From Octopus sinensis (lineage: Eukaryota), in assembly GCF_006345805.1 (NCBI RefSeq), contig NC_042997.1, positions 107,508,001-107,572,000 of the forward strand: a stretch of DNA of 64,000 bases, written 5' to 3'. The translations under genes were made by a program, and so were the position numbers. The notes beneath the pieces are model-generated. The model made no database searches and was not told the DNA's origin. It saw only the letters and a program-made list of their open reading frames with translations. This document shows, piece after piece, positions 17,178 through 29,775 of this stretch (position 1 is the first letter of the stretch; each line of letters begins with the position of its first letter).

Positions 17178-17400
17178 TATGATAAAAAAATATTCAGACA
17201 AATGCATAACAAAACCCCCAGGACTAACAAGTATATATAACATACAGGAAATAGCACTACTGGGCACTGCACACACCCTACGTAAAACACTTTCAATACA
17301 GTAACCATAAGAGCGTCATAGTGAACCACAGCACATACACAAGGCACCCAGAGCTGCGCTCGGTAGTGCGGTGGAAGCACGTTACAAAAATAAGACTACA
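17178..17400 (+). mobile_element. R4/Dong family A-related extreme 3' fragment
   Basis: IKKYSDKCITKPPGLTSIYNIQEIALLGTAHTLRKTLSIQ*, plus the 3' UTR motif CAAGGCAC.CAGAGCTGCGCTCGGTAGTG shared with family A. Followed by (CTA)n(GCT)n(CTA)n. Confidence 0.85.
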
Positions 17401-17401
17401 G

Positions 17402-17447
<46 letters not shown>

Positions 17448-17474
17448 ATGCTGCTGCTGCTGCTGCTGCTGCTG

Positions 17475-17505
<31 letters not shown>

Positions 17506-18099
17506 CACTACTACAACAATAATTGTTGCGGTTGTGCCTGCTATTTACCAATGCCCTGATGCAGTACCAGGCAGTGGCTCTCATGGTTTCTGATCTTAAC
17601 TAATTGGAAGTGTTATCATGTACATTGTTTTGTTTTGGTATAAAAGATGGGCTACAGCAAATATTCTGCTCAATACCACAGATTTGCTTGTCAGTTGTTT
17701 GACCGTAACCAGTTGAGCATGTCCCTCAGTGGCTGACGATATGTGCATCTCTGATCACGAGCAGAAGTAGTTGGGGAGCATCATAGCCATGTGTTGAGAG
17801 GGATTCTTCGGGGTTTGAATAATTCACCTCTGGAAATATGGGTGTTTCGTTCAAAATCCTAAAACAACCCTTATTCAGGGACCTTTTGAGCGGGATGGGT
17901 TACTTGACCAGAAGAAAATTCTAACTGGGCCCCACCTGCAAGGTCATGCGCTGTTTATCTTGATATGAGATCACCATGTCGCGCACATATGGTTGTGATG
18001 CATGTGCCTGGTCTACCCTTATCTGAGGGGTAGTCATGATGGGTATACTGTCACTTTGATGGCATGCACTGCTCTCACTCAATAATAATAATAATAATA

Positions 18100-18633
18100 A
18101 TTCAAACTGACAGAAAGATAGATGCGAATAGGCCAGACATCATAGTAAAAGACTTCAGACAAAAACATGCCTCCTCATTGATATGACTGTCCCAATCGAT
18201 ATAAACGTATCTGTCAAGACCTACCAGAAACTGAGCAAATATAAAGATCTTGAAATAGAAATCAGCAAAATGTGGAACTTGAAGACTAAAACAATACCTG
18301 TTGTCATAGGTGCCCTGGGAATGATAGCAAAAGGGGATGATTGCTACCTAACTCAGATACCAGGAAACCCCAAAATGGAAGAAATTCAAAAGATAGTGCT
18401 CATGGGAACTGCTCATATCCTACGCAAAATACTTTCTATGTAATCTCAAGTTTTAAAACAAACATAATTTTCGTATGTTTTTTTTTAGACATTCACTAGT
18501 ACAACACTAAGTACAAAACCAAATATATGGCACCCTAGGCATAACACCAGCATGAACTTCCAACTTGTTGTCTCTTGAGGTCTCTGGGTGAGACTTGGAG
18601 CCAGCTTGTGCAAATGTAAAGCAAAAGTCAAAC

Positions 18634-18637
<4 letters not shown>
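18100..18637 (+). mobile_element. R4/Dong family D, 3' fragment (RLE plus 3' UTR)
   Basis: NRPDIIVKD...LIDMTVPID...KLSKYKDLEIE...GTAHILRKILSM*. (TAA)n on both sides. Confidence 0.88.
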
Positions 18638-18695
<58 letters not shown>

Positions 18696-18696
<1 letters not shown>

Positions 18697-21190
18697 GATA
18701 CAACCAAAGGATGAAGGGTTACCACGAGAATAGGTTATTCAGAGTAAATCAAGAGATTCTATAAAGAAATAAATGGAGAGTGTACAGATCAAAAGTTGAT
18801 ACCAGATAACAATGAAAGTTAAAGGTTTTGGAGTGACATCTGGAGCAAAGACAAAAGCACAAGAAGGATGCTGAATGGCTGCAAGAACTGAATTAAACAG
18901 TTGATTGTTCAAAACAGGCAGAACTAGTCATTTCAGTTAGGGAAGTGAAGGAAATTAGCAAAAAAAAAATGAGCAACTGGAAGGCCACGGGATCAGATGG
19001 AATTCAAGGCTACCGGATCAAAAGATTTGGTGAATGTCATGCACGAATAGCTGCGCAACTCAACACTTTGTTAAATGCCGACCAAGAGGAACACCAGAGT
19101 GGTTGACATTAGGTAGGACAGTGCTGTGCCTGAAAAACATCGAAAAAGGCAATATGGTAGACAATTACAGGCCGATATCCTGTTTGCCACTTATGTGGAA
19201 GTTATTGACTGGAATACTTGCATAGTCAATGTACGAACATCTGGTAAAAAAGGGAGTCCTGTCACATGAACAGAAGGGTTGCAAGCGTAACTGCAGAGGT
19301 ACCAAAGATCAACTCCTGGTAGACAAAACTGTATTCAGAGACTGCAAGAGGAGGAAAAGTAACTTAGCCATGTCATAGATCGACTATCTTAAGGTGTACG
19401 ATATAATCCCACATTCTTGGATTATGGAGTGTATGAACCTGTTTGGGATTGCATCGAATGTTGAGCGATTGCTTGGAAAAAGTATGGCGAATTGGAAGAC
19501 GGATCTGACAGCATATGGAAGAAGCTTAGGGACAGTAGAAATTAGGAAGGGCATTTTCCAAGGGTACTACCAGTCCCCACAGATCTTTGTACTGTGCTTG
19601 ATACCACTAACACTGATTCTGAGGAAAGCAAAAGTTGGGTATGTATTCAAAAGCCGCCAGCAAAATGTCACCCATTTGTTATTCATGGATGACCTCAAAC
19701 TTTATGATAAAGATGAACCCCAAGTCAGTTCCCTCGTTGATACGGTGTATACCTTCAGTGCTGATATCAGAATGGAGTTCGGATTGAGAAAGTGTGGTGT
19801 GTTGGTCTTGAAGAGAGGCAAAATCAAATTTATAGACGGGCTATCGATCCTGTTGGGGAGGTTATGAAGCAGATAGAAGAGACGGGCTATAAGTAGTTGC
19901 GGATTTTGGAAATGGATAAATTGATGGAGAAAGAAATGACAGAAAAATTTAAGGTTGAGTACTTGCGCAGACTGAGACTGAAACTTAAGTCGAAATTAAA
20001 CGGACGGAATAAAATTGAAGCTATCAACACCTGGGCGGTTTCACTTCTTATATATGGAGCAGGGGTAATCGCATGGACAGTAGACGAAGTAAACAGCTTA
20101 GACAGAAAGACAAGGAAGTTGCTGACTAGATATGGCTCACTCCACCCAAAAAGTGACACACACAGGCTATATGTAACAAGAAAAAGTAGAGGTGGAGGAC
20201 TTATTGGATGCGAACACAGCATTAGATCAGAAGAAAACAACATAGGATGGTATGTAAAAAAATTCCACAGAACCGCTATTATTAGAAGTATGAAGGTCAG
20301 GCTTGTGTAGGATGAAAGATTGCAAAGATAAAGCATTATACAAGCAATTGAAAACGAATGAAACTGAAAATAGGTGGGTAAAGAAAAGAATGCATGGACA
20401 AGGGATGCTGAAGATAAAACAGAGAAAAAGATGGCTGTGGATGACTAAAAGTGATTTAAAACCGGAAACGGAGGCTCTAATCTGTGCTGCCCAAGAGCAA
20501 GCACTAAGAACAAGCTAATACAGAATAGACAACACAGCAGAAAGTGATAAGTGCAGAATCTGTGGACAAAATGGTGAACGCGTATGGCATATTACCAGCC
20601 AATGTACGCCACTAGCCCAGAAGATAAATATGAGAGACGCCACGAAAATATGGCAAGGCTTGTCCGCTGGACATTCTGCAACAAGTATGGACTTGACAGA
20701 GCAAAAATTGGTACGACTACAAACGCGAACGCATCATCGAAAATGATAATGCAAAAGATCCTGTGGGATTTTATGATTCAGTGCGACCATGCGGTAGAGA
20801 ATAGGAAGCCAGACATAGTGTTAATTGAGAAAGGAAACAAACTATGCTGGATCATAGATATAGAATGACCAGTTGACAACAAGGTATGCGATAAGGAAGA
20901 AAGAAAAGTCGATAGGTTCGCTTGGGAGGTAAAGCAGTTGTGGTCGATGAAAAAGGTAGTAGTGGTACCAATAATTGTCGGAGCCTCGGGAACAGTGAGT
21001 AAAAGTCTCGAGAAGTACATGGAACAAATAAAGGCTGCAATAAATGTGAAGCACTTGCAGAAAGCAGCACTGCTTGGAACCGCTCGAATACTTCGGAAGG
21101 TGCTCGAAAAATAAGAGATGTTACCTTAGTTCACTGGTAGTGAACAGCTGACACTGTAGTACATCTCCAGCGTTAGAAGCTGTGCAAAGG
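18696..21190 (+). mobile_element. R4/Dong family E, 5'-truncated and degenerate (RT to RLE)
   Basis: [85 protein letters not shown]. Begins at the (TAA)n tail of family D and ends in a (CAA)/(CAC)/(TAA) tract. Confidence 0.88.
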
Positions 21191-21230
21191 CAATAACAAC
21201 AACAACAACAACAACACCGCCACCACCACC

Positions 21231-21271
<41 letters not shown>

Positions 21272-21500
21272 TAATAATAATAATAATAATAAAGTGAATA
21301 TCATATAAATAGTGCGCATGTTTATGTCTAAAAAGACCGTGTCTGTTTCAACACATGATTTCACATCGGGAATCTTGTGAACAAATACATAAACGGATAT
21401 ATATATAGAGAGAGAACTTATGTACACACACACATACATACATGTATACATGTATATATGTGCAAGTGTGTATGTATGTACATTATATGTATATATATAT

Positions 21501-21547
<47 letters not shown>

Positions 21548-22009
21548 GCCCACACACACATATAGGAAAGAGGGTCAAAAAATGGAAAGTTCTTTTAAAG
21601 ATGTTTAGTGACTTGACCGGTTTCACTTTTTATAAAAAAGTTAAGCTTTGTTGTGTTAAAAAATGGTTATCATAATTTTATTAAATTAGAATTACACAGT
21701 CTTTGATAATGATAAGAAAATGTTAAAAAGTAGAATCTTTGACAATGATACGAAAATGTTAAGAGAGACTTTTTGTTTAAACAGTTTACATGAGAGTGTT
21801 CAAAATAGAGAGTAAAATAAATTTATAACTATTTGAAGTTCTTCAAAAATCATTGTTGTACAGAAGCATATATGCATAAGGAATCACATTTAAGTATTTA
21901 TACAGAATTTTAGGGGAATGACTCTGTGGCTAATGCCAGTGAAGCCCCTAGCGAAAGAAAAATGCTTTGGTTGGTAGTCCCTTTGATATAGATGGGTAGA
22001 AATCGACTA

Positions 22010-22910
22010 TACCAAATTGGGTGAACCTTACTCTGTCTCATCCCTTGATGATGTTAAAGCATGTGGTCACTTCGCTGGTTCTGCGCCACAAGGAAAGGTT
22101 GTGTTATTTATGGTGTTATTTATAATTCTCAGTACGTGTTTGCTTGCCAGACCGATCTTGGATTTGGCCGGATTGATCAGACGGCATTTGGGGTTAGAGG
22201 CAAAGTTCGGTTTATGGTCTTTTAAGGTGATGAAAGCGTTTCTTTTTGCTATGATCTCTACTCTGTCTGCTATCTCTAGTTCGTTTGCTAATTCTTTTGC
22301 TTCACTGTTGATGTCTCCATATGTATGCGGGGTGGGGGGCTATATTTTTCTATCGTATTCTAGGGTGTCTAACCTATATGAATCTTCGTCTTATATCAGT
22401 CCGGAGCTTACGCTGGAAGGAGGAAAAGGACTTACGGAATTTCAATTTTGAGATGATTCCCAGCAGGTCCGCCTCAAAGGATTCGAGGTCCTTGATTTTG
22501 GGCGGATGTCTTTTCGATCTAACGGCACAGTTGTTTCCCACCGCGAATGGTGCCGTTAGGTCGTAGTTGAAAGCCGACGGCACAGGGATGGTTTTGGTGG
22601 TGTATCCGAGGTCGAATCCTTCCATATTTATGAGACTCGTGGCCTCCGTAAAATATGTAGAAGCGCTACGCTAGTCAGCTATTTGGCAGAAACCACGTGG
22701 TCTCAGTGAAAAACTCTGGCCAAGGAGTGAAAAGGATCATTTTTAGAAAACATAAATCCGGAGAAGAAGCACACTTTAAGAAGTAGAGTAGACTATATTT
22801 TATACTGTGGAAGGCCGGTTTATGGGGTTACCCTGGGTTTCCCGTTCATAAAGGGTTTAACTTTATGGCGTATCGTCAGACCCAAAGACCTGTTGGCCCA
22901 AGACCTCGTA
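22010..22910 (-). mobile_element. Penelope-like element, 5' UTR and RT N-terminal region
   Basis: KDLESFEADLL...FQRKLRTDI, FITLKDHKPNFASNPKCRLINPAKSKIG, which match Penelope RT motifs. Confidence 0.75.
22824..22883 (-). ncRNA. Hammerhead-like motif (type I, minimal), imperfect stem II
   Basis: GGGT-CTGACGA-tacgccataaagttaaaccctttatgaacgg-GAAA-cccagg-GTA-ACCC, upstream of and co-oriented with the Penelope RT. Confidence 0.5.
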
Positions 22911-23427
22911 TATATGTATACATACACAGACACACAGACACACACACAGATACACACACACACACACACAAACAAACACACACACGCACACACACATATT
23001 GATACATACATACACACACTCATGTATATATGTATGTATATGCACATGGGTTGTCTACATGGATGTTTATGCGTATCTGTGTATCAGTGTATCTTTATGT
23101 ATGCATGTATGAACTAGTAACTCTATGGATATTTTTCTGTATGTGTATACATGTGTGTGCATTTGTATCCTTCAACATGTGGGCATGTAGTAATATGCAT
23201 GTACATATGTCTGAACGTATATGCATTTCTGTAAACATGCATACGTGTATACACGTATGTATAGTTCGACACGTGCCGCGTACGAAACTACCGACACTTG
23301 AGTCATGTTTGTAACGTTCTGCTGAATAAATTGATTGTAAGAAATACATATACTGAGATCTATTTCTACTGCCTGTTCTATCAAACCTATGTATGTGTAC
23401 ACACACACACACACACGCACTCACACA

Positions 23428-23494
<67 letters not shown>

Positions 23495-23559
23495 TGTGCT
23501 GTTCCGTGATAGTAAAATAACTCAGAATGTGATCCATCTGGTGAGAGATAAATATCATT

Positions 23560-25010
23560 CAATAACCACAGTACATATTTTTATGAGCTGCTGATAGTTT
23601 CATGCAATGAAAACATCTCAGATAACATTTTATAACACGTCTGGTGCCATCACGCAGTCCCCAGGTTGTGCCCATACGGCATAACAAGCTATCACAAAAC
23701 GATAGGATGAGAGAAAAAACGAGGAAAAACGAAAAGGAAGTAGACATAAAAGGTGGAAGGTTGAAAAAACGGAAAACAAAAAAGAAAGCAGAAAAAGGAA
23801 AGAGAGGGAGAACTAGAGTTATATTGCCTTTGAGCGTAAAGCCATACGGCTGAATGGATAGGGGCCTAGAGTTGCGGTACAGCCGTTCATTCCAGTGAGG
23901 GCGGTATTTTGCAATTCGCCAACAGGAACTTATACATATATTTACAACTGCTGAAAATATCAGATCTGGAATTCAGCAGCGCCGTCGAGTTTTTAGATCT
24001 GAAAAGGTTCTGTGTTATTTCAGCTACGTATAACTTACAATTTTTGATCTATTGGCATATGGTATGGACTTTTCAATTATTTTCCCCTTTATTGTATGTG
24101 GTATGGCGCTAGACTTCAAGCCCCATACGTGGCTAGCCAACTTAGTGGCTTTTCTTTTGTCCCTATGCCGGAAGGAAGACTTTTGATGTTGCCTTCACAT
24201 AGCCTGATGTATCCCTTCTTTTCGGTTTTGTTATCATCTAACATTACTATAACTTCTGCTTCATATATGGATTTAATCATGCATCCCTGGTCAAGTGGAC
24301 AGGTTCCTGAGTCTCGACAGTTGCAACTGGGAGCAGGTGGTGTTTGTATGTAATGATGTTCTTCATATTAAGGCAGCAGCTATATGATAATTTAACTGAG
24401 CACCTGCTGAATATTTTTTGTACCCATAATTTTTTTTGAAAATGTTTGTCTAAGAGTGATAGGAATCTTATTCCTATGTTGGTTTTACCATTAAGGGAAG
24501 AGGAGGAGGCGAACCAAATTATTCTCCTCGGTCTATTTTTAGGCCCGTTTTTATTATTCATTTTATTACTAGAGGGGTCATACATTAATTCATCATTAAA
24601 GTCACCTTTGGCTTGGGCATTATAGTAGGGAGCTGCCTTCTCTAAAACTTCGAAAAGAGAAGTTAGATATTCTGTTACTAATGTTGGCTTTCAGGCTTTT
24701 TAAATATATGGTTGGTGGGTTACAAGACCTTGTATATATAGGAAAGTTTCTCGTTAGGCTTATGGCAAGGTTTGTTATAGGAGGAGTTTAGGTCTTGAGA
24801 AACATCTAAAAAATCGACTTTAGACAGATCAATAGCGACTGTGATTTTAAGGCCTAATTGACTGAAGTCACTTTTAGATAGAAAGTCAAATTGAAATAGA
24901 AAGACGTGGGGGTGTCTAGTGACAGTCCAAAACAAACAAGGCTCTTTAAATTTAATCTGTCAAGTAGTAGTGTGGGCAAGATTTGTTTCTATGTAGTCCA
25001 GTGGCTAAAT
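23560..25010 (-). mobile_element. Penelope-like element, RT C-terminus, GIY-YIG endonuclease and 3' UTR
   Basis: RRIIWF...GKTNIGIRFLSLLDKHF...SVKLSYSC; IYEAEV...GYIRLCEGN; LLNSRSDIFSSCK. Confidence 0.75.
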
Positions 25011-25169
25011 TGTTATGATTTGTATGTACATAGGCATACAATTCTTTTCTCCATTAAATTCATGGGTTATTGTCATTATTTAAAGGCAGTGCTCCAGCAT
25101 GGCCACAATCAAATGACTGAAACAAGTAAAAGAGTAATATGACGAAAGGTCATGATCGTGTCCCTAGTT

Positions 25170-26310
25170 TAGGTTGTTAGTTGTGTAAATTCAAAATATC
25201 GAGTGAATGAATTTGTGTGTGAATAGTTGTTGATGAATGTACTTTTTAAAAGTTTATCCAGTCTTGGTTTGTATTTTTGTATGAATATATTTCCTATCTT
25301 TATTCGTATTTGATCTGTGGTTGTTGACCAAAGAAAAGTAAAGTGGGAAGATTTGAAGATTGGGGGACTTAATTTTTGCGCATATGTCTGTGCCCACTCA
25401 GTCGGATCTCGTGTTTGCTGACGATGAACAGTATATTTCTGAGAATAAATTTTGTTTGACATATGTAATCCTCGTTACATCCTTTACATTTAATTGCGTA
25501 TATTAGACAAATATGTAAAATGATTTTTTTATGGTTAAAATCTGTCCTGATTTAAATTTATAAATTTTGTCTTGCATGAGGTTGATGCAAATCTCGCAAT
25601 TAGGACGGCACACACTTTTTGACTGTTGGCTACACGTCTTGAACAGTGCTTTGAATCCTATTTTTTTCCAAAAATATTTAGTTTATATCATTTTAACTTA
25701 TTTACCCTTTGTGCATTTGGGTTCATCTTAAAACACTATTATCAATAATTTTATAATCTATTTAAACATGTAAACTCAGCTCTTATTATATATCATTCGC
25801 TTGAACAGTATGTTCTTTTGACACAGCATTGGAATTTTCTAAATTCTTAAAAATTCTCATGTCTTTTAAAATTAAAAAAAACCCAACTCTTTTGTAAATC
25901 CTCTAAATTACCTCTGGCGAGATAAATGTAGATGATTGTTATGGTTGGAAATAATTCGCCCACCTCAACCTACATATTCTCGAAACGGCCGTCAGACTTT
26001 GTACCTGTTGAAGATTGTTCTTAAAATAATCTTATACCACCATTTCATCTCGTTGGATTACCGCTTTACATTCACCATGTGCATTTTTTAAATATCCTCA
26101 TTGATTTCTAATACGGATATACAACCTCATGAGACCTCATGCAAGTACATTTATGATTTATATATGTTTATATATTTAAGAATTTTTTGCGTAATAAGAT
26201 AAAAAAAAACCAAGGCTGTGTAGATATTAGATCATTTATAGATAGAAGGTCTTACAGCTGTTTCTAGGATATTTATTAATTATATCCCTTCATCGGAGAC
26301 GGTGTGAGAG
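25170..26310 (-). mobile_element. Penelope-like element (GIY-YIG region, degenerate)
   Basis: HRQQTRDP...IRIKIGNIFIQKYKPRL, with a Cys-containing linker upstream; a hammerhead motif sits at its 5' side. Confidence 0.65.
26249..26300 (-). ncRNA. Minimal hammerhead-like motif, CCGAUGA core
   Basis: GTCT-CCGATGA-a-gggatat(aattaataa)atatcct-a-GAAA-C-AGCT-GTA-AGAC: 4-bp stem I, 7-bp stem II, 2-bp stem III with a palindromic tetraloop. Confidence 0.7.
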
Positions 26311-26411
26311 GATAGTTAAGTCATAGTTAGTTTAGATGTGATACAAAATGGAGTGTGTTTATATATTTATATATTTTTATATTATATCGCTCTCTCTCAC
26401 ACACACACTAA

Positions 26412-26507
<96 letters not shown>

Positions 26508-26654
26508 TGTGTGTGTGTGTGATATAATATAAACATATATAAATTATAAATGTACTTGCATGAGGTCTTATGAGGTTGTATATCTGTATTAGAAATCAAT
26601 GAGGATATTAAAAAATGCACATGGTGAATGTAAAGCGGTAATGTATATATATAT

Positions 26655-26721
<67 letters not shown>

Positions 26722-26722
26722 A

Positions 26723-26758
<36 letters not shown>

Positions 26759-27602
26759 TGTATGTATGTATGTATGTATGTATGTATGTATGTATGTATG
26801 TATTGTATGTATATATGTATGTTTGTATGTATATATCACATATACATACATGTTGTTTTTTTAAGGTCAGGGTTGTGATAGTGGGTGTATGCTTTTGTAT
26901 GCTACGTGTGTGTAGGTCGTTTTTATGTATAAGTTTTCTGTGTGTATGTGTGCATATGTGTATATAAGGTTATCTCTGTTGGCGTGGATGTGTATTTTGA
27001 TGCTATCGTTATCCCGATTGGAGTTCGTACCAGCTTTTGAAAATGAATTTCTTTTGGTGTCTTCCAAAACAAATGTGTGTTCCTATTAAGACTTTAAAGT
27101 GTAATTTATGGGAGATTTTTCTGAGTGGTGATATCCCTAGAAACAGGGATATTTTTACTCGAAAGTCTGTAAAGTAGAAACTTAATTGTTTGAATTGATT
27201 TCATGATAATTTTATTACATTTTGATACCTATTGATATTTGTTTTATTGGTGTTAACCTAACGAAAGATCAAAATCCAGTTCGATCCTTCATAATCCACC
27301 AGTTTTATGAAATATTGATATACACTTAATGATCAACCAAAGAATATTGAACACAGCTGTTTTGAATTGATTAGGGTTAGTTCTAATCGCAAATAAATTT
27401 CATTTGTACAGGGTGGGCCTAGGTGAGGATTTCAATATTTAATATTTCAGAAAAATACAAAAAACAAAGAAATTAAAATATGCATTATAATTTCAGACTC
27501 TTTCGTGACTTTAGGTTCAGCTTGTATTTTTAATTTGAGGAGAAAACCTTCCAGTTTTAGTGACAGACACTTTTTCTTCATTTCTTAACTGTTTCCTTTC
27601 AG

Positions 27603-27688
27603 GTAATGGTTATATTGAGGGAACTGAACTGGAAGATTTTCTACGAGAACTGGTGACAAGCGTCTTAAAGACAGACGATGGTAACGAG
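27603..27688 (+). CDS. Cbp53E: Calbindin-32 / Cbp53E-like hexa-EF-hand protein, internal exon (equivalent to CALB1 exon 2)
   Basis: Polypyrimidine tract and AG acceptor, GTAGGC donor; (G)NGYIEGTELEDFLRELVTSVLKTDDGNE; phase 1 to 0; 86 nt. Confidence 0.93.
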
Positions 27689-27872
27689 GTAGGCAAAACG
27701 ATATATTGAATGTTTTATTTTTGGCTTACAAGTCTTTTTTTTGGTTATGAATTTTTGAGATGAAAAGATTCAGGGAAAACAGTAGACTTTTGTAAAATAA
27801 TTAGCGTTCAGCCATTTTTCAGAAAACAGGAAATGAGCTTCTGAGGAAATTTGCGTTCAAATTTTGATACCA

Positions 27873-28050
27873 GGGAGAAGGGGCAAGTCAGTTATATTAA
27901 CCCCAGTGCTCAACTGGTATTTATTTCATCGATATCGAAAGGATGAAAGGCAAATTCGACCTCAGCGGAATTTGAACACATGAAGTAAGGACGGACGAAA
28001 AGCCGCTAAGCATTTTGCCCAGTGTGCTAACGATTCTGCCAACACCTTAA
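27873..28050 (-). mobile_element. SINE, same family as 10466-10683, diverged
   Basis: Shared GAAAGGATGAAAGGCAAA.TCGACCTC and GCTAACGATTCTGCC segments. Confidence 0.75.
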
Positions 28051-29089
28051 TGGGAAATTTAATATTAATGTCAAATTAATATTAAAATTAATACGTATAT
28101 TTTTCCTTAAAAAAATATTTGCAATTTTATTCTTTAGACGTCACTTCTGGTTGTGATTCTGTAAAGTAGACCCTGATTAGGAACATGAGCAACGGGTCTG
28201 AGAGAAATTTGGCAGGAAAAGAACAGCCACAAGTTGTGACTACGTTAAGGAAACCTTTCAAAATGGAATAGTTTATTTTGGTGTGCTTTCTCTGAAAATA
28301 AAAATTGTAAAAATTTTTTAAAAATTAATTTATCAAAGTTTACAATTAAAATACGAATATGATTGTAACGCTGGGCAGTAATGTTGGGTAGTAACGTTGG
28401 ATTGTGACGTTGGACAGTAATACCGGGTGGTATTCATAATCAGATTGTCAGTAACTAGAAGCACCTAGTGAAGAGGGTTGTTAGAAACTCAACAAAGGGA
28501 ATAAATTACCTGTTAAAGGACAAAGGAACCCAGCAGAGTTTTATCGGCCATCTTGTAAAGAAGCACAGATACACAGAGGTCCTCGTGAAAGCGAACAATC
28601 GTGCTGCAAAGCTACCTTGGAGTGATGAAACATCGATATGGGAAACAGTAAACTTTGAACTTTAACCCTACCCCCACCATCTGGGCTATCTGGGTTGGTA
28701 AGGAGTATGTAAAACCTCCAGATAATTCTCCCACCAATCATCTCGATGTCTTCTTGTTACTGGGACATGGTAGTTGATACTTAGACAGCGGTATTATACA
28801 AATGTCTGTCTCTATAAGCTTTATTAGATACAGGTACTTCTTAGCACCACATTACGTTGTGTCTTCGAAATAATACTGTTCAATATAGAAGTATTTTATG
28901 AGGAATAGAACAAAATAACCATTTAATCTAAACTGATACCACAAAGTCCTTTGGCGAGGGTTGCCAAATTAACAAGTTTATTTAAGGTTACCTCATGTAA
29001 GAATTGTTGTTGTTCATAATGTTTTGTTAACGTCTTTCTAATACATAAGTCTTTGACTGTGTTACTTAGACAATCTTCTCTATTTCCAG

Positions 29090-29179
29090 GCTGTGTCAGA
29101 AACGGCTTTCAACGATGCTAAAGAATTATTTATGGATGCTTTTGATGTCAACTTGGATGGCAAAATTGATATTTCCGAG
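29090..29179 (+). CDS. Cbp53E: Calbindin-32-like exon (EF-hand 2)
   Basis: tttccag/...gag/GTAGGA; AVSETAFNDAKELFMDAFDVNLDGKIDISE; 90 nt, phase 0-0. Confidence 0.93.
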
Positions 29180-29688
29180 GTAGGAACCTGTTTTTTTTTT
29201 CAATTAGTTTAAATATTTTTGTAGCTGAATTAAAACAATCTTTCAGGGGCCAACGTTGGGAATCACTACGATACAACGTGGCAGCGTCTGCGTCGATATC
29301 GATCTTATAGAAATATCAGCTGAACGTTCCATTAGTTTTTTTTTTTTTTTTTTTTTAAGGAAGAATATTTTGAATATAGACTGAAAAGATGGGTTGGTCA
29401 CGATCAGAATGCTTTTGATCATAGCTCTATTGGAGCAGGTTGACTTGGGACTAAATAACTAAAAACGCAGGTATGACTGTGCGGTGGCTAAGTTTGCTTC
29501 ACGATTATATGGTTTGGGGTTCAATCTGATTGTGCAGTATTTTAGGGAAATGGTGCTGGGGCAATGAGGTAGTTCAGCGAACCGGATGAAAGCCAGTCGT
29601 ATGGCGCGCGCGCGCATGTGTTGTAAATATTATCAACAGCACTTCCAATTGTTTTACTTTAATTATTTTAATTATTTTCCTTTCGCAG

Positions 29689-29775
29689 TTAACCGAACTA
29701 CTTCCAGTGGAGGAGAATTTTTTGCTTCTTTTCCGCAGAGATCATCCACTGGACTCCAGTGTAGAATTCATGCAA
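29689..29775 (+). CDS. Cbp53E: Calbindin-32-like exon (linker)
   Basis: tttcgcag/...caa/GTAAGT; LTELLPVEENFLLLFRRDHPLDSSVEFMQ; 87 nt, phase 0-0. LP.EENFLLLFR is a family hallmark. Confidence 0.95.

Noticed and set aside
21700-21770. Tandem TTGA(T/C)AA...GAAAATGTTA units
   Set aside because: Stem II is too short and stem I is weak; treated as a ~36-bp tandem duplication.
23585-23625. Hammerhead-like CTGAGA...GAAAC on the minus strand
   Set aside because: The core lacks a nucleotide, there is no GUH site and stem I does not pair; at best a dead copy.
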